54,752 bases of DNA from a virus. Its lineage: Duplodnaviria; Caudoviricetes. Within the stretch, counting starts at the first letter, position 1; the number at the start of each line of letters is the position of its first letter. The notes below the pieces were generated by a model. The model was not told where the DNA came from. It ran no database searches and saw only the letters and a program-made list of their open reading frames with translations. The stretch spans positions 1 to 54,752 of the IMG/VR virus record IMGVR_UViG_3300032223_000633; one strand, given 5' to 3'. The translations under genes and the position numbers were made by a program. Below, in pieces: positions 37,897 through 47,065 of this stretch.

Positions 37897-38330
37897 TACT
37901 TAATAATACTTCTCAACATCCATGCATGTTTTTGATGTTTACCTAATAAGTCTTGTAAGAAATTAGATACTGCTGGTTCATTGGCTTGTTCTGCTGCAAC
38001 AATACCTGCACGAAGATGATAAATGTATCTGTCATTATCATTTTTTATTTCTGCCATCATTAATAGTGGCATTGGTATTGTTGTTGCATCTTGTATATCT
38101 GATAACTCTTGAAACCGTGATAACGAACCGGGTGCATATGAATCTAATCGTCTTAGCTGTTCTGCGATATCATCTGTCTGTGTCCAAATAGAATTATAAA
38201 GACCATCAAGAAATAAATGATATTGAGGAAAATCTTTACCTTCAATGTTCCAATGATAGTTGTGTGTCTTTAAGTAAAGGCAAAAGTTAGTTGCTAAGAT
38301 TACTTTTAGTTGTTCAATTAGTTGATCCAT
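37896..38330 (-). CDS. dps: Dps/ferritin-like DNA-protecting protein
   Basis: THNYHWNIEG, FPQYH, DDIAEQLR, HQKHAWML. Confidence 0.9.
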   Translation of the reverse strand: MDQLIEQLKVILATNFCLYLKTHNYHWNIEGKDFPQYHLFLDGLYNSIWTQTDDIAEQLRRLDSYAPGSLSRFQELSDIQDATTIPMPLLMMAEIKNDNDRYIYHLRAGIVAAEQANEPAVSNFLQDLLGKHQKHAWMLRSIIK

Positions 38331-38728
38331 TACTTACTACTCCTAATTAGTTTTACCATCTCTGCAGTTGAACCGATGAATACAGCTTTATCTATAATGG
38401 TTTTTTCTGATCTTGGTTGATTGTTATTTAATTCTTTTCTTTTCTTTTGTATATCTAATAAATCTTTATTTAAATCTGCCATCGTCTTAATTAGATTGGC
38501 AACAACTTCATATGCTCTTGGATGTTCAGTTTCTTTTGCAACATGTAACAAATTATCAACTGCAACATTACCTTTTTGTAATAATGAATTGATGTTTGTT
38601 CTAGCAATATTAAAATCTGTTTCTACATCATTATCAGTAGATATAACTACTGGCGCATCTTCTACTTTTTTTTCTGTAGGTTCAATATCAAAAATTTCTG
38701 ATAGATTTTTTTCTAATGTTTTTATCAT
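38330..38728 (-). CDS. gp16: terminase small subunit
   Basis: EHPRAYEVV, VFIGSTAEM; start set at 38728 (ATGA overlap with gp15). Confidence 0.92.
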   Translation of the reverse strand: MIKTLEKNLSEIFDIEPTEKKVEDAPVVISTDNDVETDFNIARTNINSLLQKGNVAVDNLLHVAKETEHPRAYEVVANLIKTMADLNKDLLDIQKKRKELNNNQPRSEKTIIDKAVFIGSTAEMVKLIRSSK

Positions 38729-39726
38729 AATAATAAAGTTTCTGGCCAATAAGTTATTGTATCATCGTAAGAATAATCTTGATATGGTTCTGCATCATTT
38801 GGATTTGATGTAGTATAGTAATTGAGAACTCTAATAGGACTTAAATCAACACCAGTAACTGTGTATCTAGCATTTGAATTATCACCAAGAAGAATATCTC
38901 CTGGTTGTATTAATTCTGTTAAATCTTCAATTACCATACTTTGATTAATTGTATTAAAATATATAACTTTACCAGTAGTATCACTATCTTTAACCCGAAC
39001 AGTTTCAACTACTGCAAAAGTACCAAATCCATTTGCAACATCAATATAAACTTTTTGTGCATCTCTTTTTTGTGTATCAATATAGATATTAGTATTAGCA
39101 TCTCTAATAATTGATGCATCATTAATTCTTGGAAAGATATAACCCTTTACAGTAAATGTTAAATCCCACATAATCATTCTAGTATTCATCATATCACCTT
39201 CATAATCTATAGAAGGTTGAACTGAATTTAGTATGATAGGTACGTCATATTTTAAACCTATTCTAGGAACAAAATTAACAGTTACCGTTAAATCTGGTGT
39301 AAAACTTGGTAATATTTGTTCTATTATCTGTGTTGCATCTTCTGTATTTCTTGCATATATTGATAATGAGAAATCAAAATTATATGGAACTGGAATATAT
39401 TGTGCATCAACACCATGAACGGAAGTATTAGCTGCATAATTTCTCATTAATGATATCTGTTTTCTAGAAACATCATATGACATTCCAGTCATATCAAAAC
39501 TCATTCTAGGTAATGATGTGGCAATAGATTTGGTTAATGTTGGATCACTAGTTAATCTAGTAATATATTTTTCTTTTGCACCGTAAGATAATGGCACTCT
39601 CAATTGTTCATATTCAACAGTACCAGTTTTATCATATCTTTTGATAACAAGATCATTAAATAATGTACCAAAAGTTACAACAATCTTTCGTATTGTTCTA
39701 TATGAAAAGTGTTTTTGTCCTAACAT
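38725..39726 (-). CDS. gp15: tail sheath stabilizer/completion protein
   Basis: FGTLFN, VPLSYG, LPRMSF, QIIEQILP.F.P. Confidence 0.94.
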   Translation of the reverse strand: MLGQKHFSYRTIRKIVVTFGTLFNDLVIKRYDKTGTVEYEQLRVPLSYGAKEKYITRLTSDPTLTKSIATSLPRMSFDMTGMSYDVSRKQISLMRNYAANTSVHGVDAQYIPVPYNFDFSLSIYARNTEDATQIIEQILPSFTPDLTVTVNFVPRIGLKYDVPIILNSVQPSIDYEGDMMNTRMIMWDLTFTVKGYIFPRINDASIIRDANTNIYIDTQKRDAQKVYIDVANGFGTFAVVETVRVKDSDTTGKVIYFNTINQSMVIEDLTELIQPGDILLGDNSNARYTVTGVDLSPIRVLNYYTTSNPNDAEPYQDYSYDDTITYWPETLLL

Positions 39727-40619
39727 TATGGTTCACCAAATGGGTTGTGTTCAGTGAAATCTATTATTAAATCTGATTCACTTTGAATATTAACATTATC
39801 AGTTATATCTTCAAATATATTTCCACCAACTTGAGTATCAGTATTTTGTGATAAGAAATTATAATGTGCAGAACTTGTATTACCTATAACATTTCCAGTT
39901 TTAAAATTACCAATTAATTGTATAACATTTAAAACAGATTCTGGTTGCCATGAATAAACAATTGCTTTTGCATTTGCTTGGCTATAACTTGAACCTTGAT
40001 ATACTGTTTCACCAACTATAAATGTTCCACCAATACCAGTATTTGAAACTGAAAGTTTTGTTCTCTTATATGAATCAAAGATTTGATTATCAATTTCTGG
40101 TACACCAGTAGAGATAAGTTCTTCAGAGAATACAAATTGTTTCAACTTCAATGCATATACATAAACATTGCCACCACGACCACGACCCAATGTATAAAAC
40201 ATTGCCTGATCATTCTCATGTTCTACAAATGTTATTTCAAAGAAGTTTTGAACTAAAGGTATATAAATTAAATCGCCTTCATTAGGACGAAGTTGTGGTA
40301 CTGTTGCTTTAAATCTTCTACGTGACATCAGTAAAGTTAATTCATCACGTATCTCTAAACCAAACTTGGAGATGAAATCACCTTCACCATCCATACCAGT
40401 AACATTCTCAATATACATTTCCATTTGATATGCATGACGATATTCTTTTATTGGATCTTCACCATAAAGATAATCAAATGATTCTCTAGTTGAACGTGGA
40501 AGATAATATACATCCATACCATTAACTTGCATGGATTCAATAACCAAATCTTCAACAAGTAATTGCTCACTTGTTACTTGAGATATTGGAAAATTATTAA
40601 AATAAAAGTTGGTTGCCAT
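39726..40619 (-). CDS. gp14: neck protein
   Basis: EQLLVEDLVIES, YYLPR, SKFGL, RPNEGDLIY, DFTEHNPFG. Confidence 0.94.
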   Translation of the reverse strand: MATNFYFNNFPISQVTSEQLLVEDLVIESMQVNGMDVYYLPRSTRESFDYLYGEDPIKEYRHAYQMEMYIENVTGMDGEGDFISKFGLEIRDELTLLMSRRRFKATVPQLRPNEGDLIYIPLVQNFFEITFVEHENDQAMFYTLGRGRGGNVYVYALKLKQFVFSEELISTGVPEIDNQIFDSYKRTKLSVSNTGIGGTFIVGETVYQGSSYSQANAKAIVYSWQPESVLNVIQLIGNFKTGNVIGNTSSAHYNFLSQNTDTQVGGNIFEDITDNVNIQSESDLIIDFTEHNPFGEP

Positions 40620-41572
40620 TATCCTACAAACATTTCATTTGGCAATACATTATATGATTGCATCTCTTCTTCTATTTTATCAATTTCTGTTTGTGCTTCT
40701 TGCATGATTCTTGGTCCATCTAAAGTAACACCGCCTGGTAATTGCACACCAGCAAATTTACTTAGATTCGTACCCCATTGATATTTGATTTTCTCTGTAG
40801 CATACTTCTTGAGAAATCTATCATTCCAAATATCTGTGATGCCATCTTTAGTCAGTGTTATTGCGTTATTGGTAGTAGTAAATGCACTGCTAACATTTAA
40901 TGAAGTATCAGAATTAATTTCAACAACTGTTCCTACTTGAGTGCCAAAATTGATTTCATCACCAATCATGATGTCTCTTGTAAATGTTGTACCTGTTCCT
41001 ACAACCATAACATTAGATGCAGCAACATTTGCGGTACCTTCTACTGTCATTGTATCTGGATCTAATTTTCTATAACATTCCATTACTAGATATTCATCTA
41101 ACATTACATCTCTTGACCAATCAATATCAAGGAATATCTTATTCATATGACGATTAAATCTAAACTGTGGCATACCAGAGAACAACATATTCAATGTGGT
41201 GATATGTTGCATTGTAATCTCATATGACACATAAGATACAGATGTAAAGTCATAGAGGTCATGCAATCTTAATTGATACCTCATGTCAAACATATTTACA
41301 GATGATGTTGAGTTATCAAATGGCAATACACCAGTAACGAACAGAACTGAATCTGGACAATAAATCCATTTTCGATCTATATCTATTTGAGTAACCTTAT
41401 GTTTCATGAACATTTTATGACAACCATCAAAATGGTAATCATGAAAAAATGCTAAAGCATCATCAATCCGATCTTCTACCTGATCGTCATCTACGTTAAT
41501 TTGAATAACAGGATGCCCCAATCTACGTAAACAATAGTCTTTAAATTGCGCTCTTGTTGTTAATTTTGACAT
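40619..41572 (-). CDS. gp13: neck protein
   Basis: YCLRRLGHPVIQINV, QWGTNLSKF, LPGGVTLDG. Confidence 0.95.
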   Translation of the reverse strand: MSKLTTRAQFKDYCLRRLGHPVIQINVDDDQVEDRIDDALAFFHDYHFDGCHKMFMKHKVTQIDIDRKWIYCPDSVLFVTGVLPFDNSTSSVNMFDMRYQLRLHDLYDFTSVSYVSYEITMQHITTLNMLFSGMPQFRFNRHMNKIFLDIDWSRDVMLDEYLVMECYRKLDPDTMTVEGTANVAASNVMVVGTGTTFTRDIMIGDEINFGTQVGTVVEINSDTSLNVSSAFTTTNNAITLTKDGITDIWNDRFLKKYATEKIKYQWGTNLSKFAGVQLPGGVTLDGPRIMQEAQTEIDKIEEEMQSYNVLPNEMFVG

Positions 41573-41600
41573 GTTTTTACCTAAAAATAAATTATACTAT

Positions 41601-41634
41601 TATTTATGTCTTTAGAAATCTGAATATATAAATA
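41601..41634. promoter_or_regulatory. divergent late promoters
   Basis: CATAAATA on minus (41608-41601) toward gp13; exact TATAAATA on plus (41627-41634) toward the DctP-like gene. Confidence 0.7.
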
Positions 41635-41677
41635 GAATATATAATGTATATATTGCTTGTCTTTCCAAGGAGAAAAA

Positions 41678-42622
41678 ATGAAAACAATTAATTGGGTTAT
41701 TGCACATGAACCTTTAGATTTATTTCTAAGTGCAGCAAAAAACTTTTCAGAAAAACTAAAAAATCTAACAAATAACGAATTTGACATCAAAATCTTTACT
41801 TTACCAGAATATAATGCATTACATCCAACTGAAAAACCACTAACACATAACGATGCTTTAGGGTTAGTTGAGAACGGTAGTGTGGAAATGACTCAATCGT
41901 ATACTCCACAATTGGGTAAGTTTTTAAAAGATATGCATGTTCTTGATCTTCCTTTCTTATTCAAAGACCATGATCATGCCAAAAAGATTTTAGATGGCGC
42001 AATTGGTGCTGATTTATTGAATAGATTAAACGAAAATAGTCCTGTTCGTGGATTGGCATTTACATATAGCGGTGGATTTCGTATCATTCCTTCAACTCAA
42101 GCTATTCAAGCAGTTGAAGATTTCAAAGGTTTAAAACTACGTGTAAGTGAAAAATCATCTATTGCATATGATACATTTGATGCAGTTGGTGCTATTCCAG
42201 TACCGATGGTTATTGAAAATATTACTCCAGAAGTTCGTTTAGGTTCAATTGAAGGAGGCGAAAGTACCTATCCTCGTATCTATGCCATGAATCAAAATGA
42301 AGTTTGTAACTATCTTAATAATACTGAACATAGTCTTTTCTTAACTGGTATTCTTATTAACGATAAGTTTTGGAATAGTTTGTCTAAGGAACATCAACAA
42401 GCAATCAAAACTGCAGCATATGAAGCCGCACAAACCGAACGTGAAGAATCAGTTGCCGATACCGAAGTAATTAAACAGCGTTGTATGGATGACGGTATTA
42501 AAGTTATTACTTTACCTAAACAAGAGCAAGACAAGTTTAGAGAACTTACTAAAAAAGTCTATACTAAATACCAAGACTATTTCTCAAAAGGTTTAGTAGA
42601 GAGTATTCAGAAAGCAGCTTAA
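41678..42622 (+). CDS. TRAP-type substrate-binding protein (DctP family) lacking a signal peptide
   Basis: LDLPFLFKDHDHA, GGFR, EDFKGLKLRV, GAIPVPM, FWNSLS; AAGGAG SD gives start MKTINWVIAHEP at 41678. Confidence 0.88.
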   Translation: MKTINWVIAHEPLDLFLSAAKNFSEKLKNLTNNEFDIKIFTLPEYNALHPTEKPLTHNDALGLVENGSVEMTQSYTPQLGKFLKDMHVLDLPFLFKDHDHAKKILDGAIGADLLNRLNENSPVRGLAFTYSGGFRIIPSTQAIQAVEDFKGLKLRVSEKSSIAYDTFDAVGAIPVPMVIENITPEVRLGSIEGGESTYPRIYAMNQNEVCNYLNNTEHSLFLTGILINDKFWNSLSKEHQQAIKTAAYEAAQTEREESVADTEVIKQRCMDDGIKVITLPKQEQDKFRELTKKVYTKYQDYFSKGLVESIQKAA

Positions 42623-42642
42623 TTTTATTAAAGGAATTGATT

Positions 42643-42882
42643 ATGTTTATATTTAAAAAACCAAAGTGGAATGAAAAAGCGTATCGTAGTTTTATTAAAG
42701 CAGTATCTTGGAGAGTAACAGTAACACTAAGTAATTTTGCAGGTGCATGGTGGACCAGTGGAAGTTGGAAAGCAGGTATAGCTTTCGCTGGTTTTGCCCT
42801 TGTAATTAATACTCTTCTCTATTATTTCCACGAACGTGCTTGGAATAAAGCAGATTGGGCAAAAGAAGCAACTAAAGAATGA
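42643..42882 (+). CDS. DUF2061 family small membrane protein
   Basis: RSFIKAVSWR...LYYFHERAWNKADW; hydrophobic middle. Confidence 0.85.
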   Translation: MFIFKKPKWNEKAYRSFIKAVSWRVTVTLSNFAGAWWTSGSWKAGIAFAGFALVINTLLYYFHERAWNKADWAKEATKE

Positions 42883-43220
42883 CTGTAAGATTAACTGTAT
42901 ATCATACGTTAATGGATTTGGGTGAAAAAGAATCTAATGAGACACTTTCTTATTATAACTTTTCACCCGATTTCAATCAACATCGCCAAGAAAAATATAT
43001 AGATACTGGTAAAATTATTAGTTATACCAGTTTATCTAATGAAGATATTCAATCTAGTCCTTATCCAAATGCTTTGGACGGAATTGAAATAATCTTTAAA
43101 GATGAAGATGCTAAGTATGAATATGCAGTTGATCCTATTATACAAGAAAGTTTAAAGTTTAGAAATAAACAATATAGAGAATGTGGTATATCTACTATTT
43201 CTGTTAGTATAAACTCTTAG
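42879..43220 (+). CDS. hypothetical protein
   Basis: ATGA-coupled to the DUF2061 gene; 113 aa. Confidence 0.7.
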   Translation: MTVRLTVYHTLMDLGEKESNETLSYYNFSPDFNQHRQEKYIDTGKIISYTSLSNEDIQSSPYPNALDGIEIIFKDEDAKYEYAVDPIIQESLKFRNKQYRECGISTISVSINS

Positions 43221-43233
43221 GTCTTTGTGGACC

Positions 43234-44442
43234 TTAAATACCAGATATTCTTGTAGATAGTAATTCTTGTAAAATTGGTACTGATTGAGTAATATTAAAA
43301 GTATTAAACACAGTATTATCACCCATTATAATAATAGGTTTTTCAAATTCATATTTTGGAAACAATGAATTTGAATTTACTTTTGTTTTAAAATTTAAAT
43401 AAAATTCATTTTTATCAAATTCATATATGTATTTTTTTAAAGGCATTTTATAATCAGTGATGCTTTTAATTATTTTTTCTGAAGTATTATTCTTTGACAT
43501 ACTCCACTGTTGAAAATCTAATGAATTGAAAAAATTGATACCATAATTTTGAATTTTATTAATTGTTTTATCATTAATATCTTCATATTTAATTTGTGAT
43601 AATACTTTGGCGTAGTATTTGGACAACCATCTATTGTCAAAATTAATCCACCAAAAGAATTCCATAGTATTCTCTACTGGTACTTTAGCTGTTTGAAAAT
43701 TTTCTATTTGTTCATTTATAAACCAATTCGCAAATTTAGTATTCTCATTATGTTTTAATATATGCCTTAAAATTGGCATGTTATTAGACCATTTGTCATA
43801 AGTCTTTGTTGGGTATTTACTCATAAATGAATTAATACAAAATTCAGAACCGAATAAAAAATCACCAGGTTCACCATCTAAGAAATAGAAATCACTATCA
43901 GCTTTAAATTTCCAATTATTGTGAGTTATTTTAACTTTGTTATGAATATGGTTTAGATAAAAAGAATTGTTTTCCATAATACTAATATGACTACAAGCAA
44001 TTTCAATTTGTTCTAATGCTTCTTTTGAGAAGTTTTTTAGTATAGAAACTAAGGCAACTGTTGAATCTATACCACCAGACCATTGAACAATTAATTTTTT
44101 ATTGTTATCTAATATTTTCTGCTGTATATCTAATGCTCGTTCATCACATATATCTGAAATACTTTTATTAAATTTATCATTATATGCAGGCATTATTTGA
44201 GATTCTTCTAAATGCCGGTTAAATGGATTTTTAGAAATATTTGATCGGCAACAAAAATCTGATAAAATTGCAATCAATTCTTTAACACAATAATGATTAT
44301 ACACTAATGGATCTTTAAATATTTCTTCCAATATTGGTAATTGATTATAATGATCTTTAAATATGGGTGAAGTATACTCATCTTTATAATGTTTTAATGC
44401 TACAGTTAAATCTTTATAATTTAAATATTTTATACTTTTCAT
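43234..44442 (-). CDS. asparagine-synthetase-like adenine nucleotide alpha-hydrolase (no glutaminase domain)
   Basis: PP-loop WSGGIDST and DGEPGDFLFG (cf. SGEGADELFG); YKMPLKKYI. Confidence 0.7.
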   Translation of the reverse strand: MKSIKYLNYKDLTVALKHYKDEYTSPIFKDHYNQLPILEEIFKDPLVYNHYCVKELIAILSDFCCRSNISKNPFNRHLEESQIMPAYNDKFNKSISDICDERALDIQQKILDNNKKLIVQWSGGIDSTVALVSILKNFSKEALEQIEIACSHISIMENNSFYLNHIHNKVKITHNNWKFKADSDFYFLDGEPGDFLFGSEFCINSFMSKYPTKTYDKWSNNMPILRHILKHNENTKFANWFINEQIENFQTAKVPVENTMEFFWWINFDNRWLSKYYAKVLSQIKYEDINDKTINKIQNYGINFFNSLDFQQWSMSKNNTSEKIIKSITDYKMPLKKYIYEFDKNEFYLNFKTKVNSNSLFPKYEFEKPIIIMGDNTVFNTFNITQSVPILQELLSTRISGI

Positions 44443-45167
44443 TCTGTAAATATCCCTATTTTATGTCCAATTACCAAACTTTCAACTTTATAATCTTTCA
44501 ATAATACATCTTTATGTTCAATAAATTTTATTTTTGCATTATTCATAAAATCATTTATATCATTTGAATTATATAAACACCTATCAATAATATTAATTAA
44601 AAACAAATTTTTATTAATGTGATTCAATTCTTCATCAAAAAAATTATTTAAAGTGGAATCATTTAATATAGTTTTTATAAAATGGATTTCTTCTAAAGAA
44701 TTTTCAATTTCATATGAAACAAACCTATTACAAAAAAATATATAATAATCTTTTATCATATTGTGACAAAAAAATACATATTCTTGCAATTCTATTATTC
44801 TATCTAACTGTTCTTGAGTTAATACATTTTTACTAATTTTAAAATTTATGGTATCTCTAACATTAATATATGTAGGTTGAAAACCTTGTGCTTGAATAGG
44901 TTTATGAAATAGGCAATTATGATTTGTTAAAACTGGATCATTATAGTTATATGTATTCAATGAAAGATTAATTATTTCTAACCTAATTTTAGAAGATAAA
45001 ATTAATCTAAGTTTTTGAAGTAATCTATAATTATAATCTACTAACAGAAAAGTATTTAAACTTGGGGCGTATAAAGCAAAAATATTTTTTTCTGGTATTT
45101 CATGACCTATATCAAAATAATTAAATTTAGTTATAGCCTCTTCATAATATTTTTCACCATCAAACAT
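44439..45167 (-). CDS. hypothetical protein
   Basis: Start set at MFDGEKY (45167) after GGAG; ATGA-coupled to the downstream gene; very AT-rich. Confidence 0.65.
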   Translation of the reverse strand: MFDGEKYYEEAITKFNYFDIGHEIPEKNIFALYAPSLNTFLLVDYNYRLLQKLRLILSSKIRLEIINLSLNTYNYNDPVLTNHNCLFHKPIQAQGFQPTYINVRDTINFKISKNVLTQEQLDRIIELQEYVFFCHNMIKDYYIFFCNRFVSYEIENSLEEIHFIKTILNDSTLNNFFDEELNHINKNLFLINIIDRCLYNSNDINDFMNNAKIKFIEHKDVLLKDYKVESLVIGHKIGIFTE

Positions 45168-45168
45168 A

Positions 45169-45495
45169 TTAAGTTTCTCCAATTTGTGAACCATAAAAAT
45201 TTGAAAAGCTGATTGCACCAGACATTGTTGGTATAGTTCCGTAATTACTGGTTAAACCTGCACCGTTACCAGTTTTAAAATCTTTTCTAGGAAAAACACG
45301 TTTATATGATGCTGGTGCTACTCGAGTGTCGTAGACATCGGTTCGTTTATAAAAACTACCTAAATTCCAAACATCTGCAACACCATTTGACGAATCTCTT
45401 GGGTCATTGCCCGATAAAGGATTAGGAGCATTGTATCCTTGCCACTCTCTACCTATGTCATATAAAGATATTTGTCCTGATGATACTATGGTCAT
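45169..45495 (-). CDS. small fibre-associated virion protein (SSGQISL...SGAISFSNFYG family)
   Basis: Terminal motifs typical of proteins encoded after S74-chaperone fibres; own late promoter and AAGGAG SD. Confidence 0.6.
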   Translation of the reverse strand: MTIVSSGQISLYDIGREWQGYNAPNPLSGNDPRDSSNGVADVWNLGSFYKRTDVYDTRVAPASYKRVFPRKDFKTGNGAGLTSNYGTIPTMSGAISFSNFYGSQIGET

Positions 45496-45518
45496 TTAAA
45501 TTGCTCCTTATTTTTATC

Positions 45519-45526
45519 TATTTATA
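45519..45526 (-). promoter_or_regulatory. late promoter
   Basis: TATAAATA 23 nt upstream of the ATG at 45495. Confidence 0.8.
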
Positions 45527-46790
45527 TCTTCAATAGACCAGGCAATCTTGTCATATCATTTTTAACGGCAACTAACCATGCACTAGTAACACAAACATTT
45601 AAATTTTTCATCCAATCATTTGGAAAATAAGTCAATTTTCTATATTCTTGAAAACGTATTGTTTTGTTATCAATAAAATTTGCTAAGTATGCATCAGTGT
45701 AATAAAGAAAACTATTCTCATTCCAATAACTTACATGTGTCGGATCTTGAAATGCACCTCTACCATCGGTACTAGGAACTTCAATAAATGCCCACCCACC
45801 TGGTGCCAATACTCTATGAATCTCTGCCATGATTTTAGTCTTATCATATAGATGTTCTAAAATATGGCTAGCATTTAATACACCTACAGTATTATCAGGT
45901 AAAGGAATACCATTATTCAAATCAAATACTATATCTGCATCTTCTCTTAAATCTAGTGTTACATATCCAGGATAAGGATTTAAACCACCACCAATATCCA
46001 ATTTAAGTAAGTTATTATTCTCTGCATCTTTTTCTGCTAATTTTCTAGCATATTCTCCAAACAATTCTTTTGTTATTGTTTGTATTTGTTCATTTCTTGC
46101 CAACCAAGTATTGTCACCTGTAATTCTATACAAATATAAAACTTTAGGTATACGTTTCATCTTTGTTACAAGATAGGTACGTATACACAACTCATGATCA
46201 TCACATATAGAATATGTAGGATTATGTCCACCAATCTGTTCATATACAGTTTTACGCCATGAACGAACATGATCTGGTGCAAACCAAATATAACCAAGAC
46301 TATGACTAGAAGGTTCAAAACTTTTCATTGCAACTAAGTCTTTACCTTTCCAATTATACTTTGTATATTCCCAACCAAAAGAATTATCATATGGAATAAA
46401 TTCATCTTTCATATGAAGAACCGCATTGTCACTGTATACAAATCCCACTTCATCTTCTTGAAATGCAATATTCAATTCTTCTAAACAATCAGGTGTTAGT
46501 ATATCATCATGATCTGCTTCAACTAATACATCACCAGTTGCATACTTACATGCTTCTTTTTTTAATGCACCAACATTACTATTGGTATCACCTACACAAA
46601 TAACTTTTACTTTAGGATTATTTCTAATCTTATCAGGAATGTTTTCAGGTAAACATTTATTATTTAAGTATAGTATCCACTCCCAATTCGTATATGTTTG
46701 GGTACATATTGATTCATATAGTTCTAATAAAAAAAGAATATTGCCAGGATTATGTTCTGGCGTAAAAATACTATACTTAAATTGTTTCAT
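45522..46790 (-). CDS. GT2 glycosyltransferase fused to a class I SAM methyltransferase
   Basis: QTYTNWEWI, VEADHDD, VGFVYSD, CDDHEL; C-terminal LDIGGG, SHILEHL, EIHRVLAPGG. Confidence 0.88.
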   Translation of the reverse strand: MKQFKYSIFTPEHNPGNILFLLELYESICTQTYTNWEWILYLNNKCLPENIPDKIRNNPKVKVICVGDTNSNVGALKKEACKYATGDVLVEADHDDILTPDCLEELNIAFQEDEVGFVYSDNAVLHMKDEFIPYDNSFGWEYTKYNWKGKDLVAMKSFEPSSHSLGYIWFAPDHVRSWRKTVYEQIGGHNPTYSICDDHELCIRTYLVTKMKRIPKVLYLYRITGDNTWLARNEQIQTITKELFGEYARKLAEKDAENNNLLKLDIGGGLNPYPGYVTLDLREDADIVFDLNNGIPLPDNTVGVLNASHILEHLYDKTKIMAEIHRVLAPGGWAFIEVPSTDGRGAFQDPTHVSYWNENSFLYYTDAYLANFIDNKTIRFQEYRKLTYFPNDWMKNLNVCVTSAWLVAVKNDMTRLPGLLKI

Positions 46791-46812
46791 AATATACTCA
46801 CTTAAAAATTAA

Positions 46813-47055
46813 TTATAATGATGGATCATTTGGATTTTGAATCCAGGTTCCTTCTTCGGTATAGATATATTTTTTTCCAATCCAATCATCTGGAGGAGTT
46901 ACATCAGATACCAATGTTGAATTTGAAGAATTTAATTCTGTATCTACAACTTCACCTAAAAATTCTATATTACTTTCATTCAATGTTATTTCTGCATCAT
47001 TGTTAAAAAGATATTTTGATACTCTTGCTTCGTTTTCTAGTAATGTTTTATACAT
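46813..47055 (-). CDS. small hypothetical (fibre-associated-type) protein
   Basis: LNSSNSTLVSDVTPPDDWIGKKYIY...W..NP; start set at MYKTL. Confidence 0.6.
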   Translation of the reverse strand: MYKTLLENEARVSKYLFNNDAEITLNESNIEFLGEVVDTELNSSNSTLVSDVTPPDDWIGKKYIYTEEGTWIQNPNDPSL

Positions 47056-47065
47056 TTTTTTGCCT

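Noticed and set aside
508-41790. Numerous short plus-strand or off-frame ORFs (60-130 aa) over core genes
   Set aside because: Fully overlap well-supported T4 core genes and show no motifs or translation signals
41678-43220. Host DNA contamination or prophage boundary at the DctP cassette
   Set aside because: AT-rich like its neighbours, has a T4 late promoter, lacks dctQM, and is flanked by phage genes on both sides
43234-44442. QueC / 7-deazaguanine pathway or a true lasso-peptide cluster
   Set aside because: No QueC zinc-binding Cys cluster and no queD/queE/folE/dpdA in the window; no lasso leader peptidase, RRE or recognisable precursor
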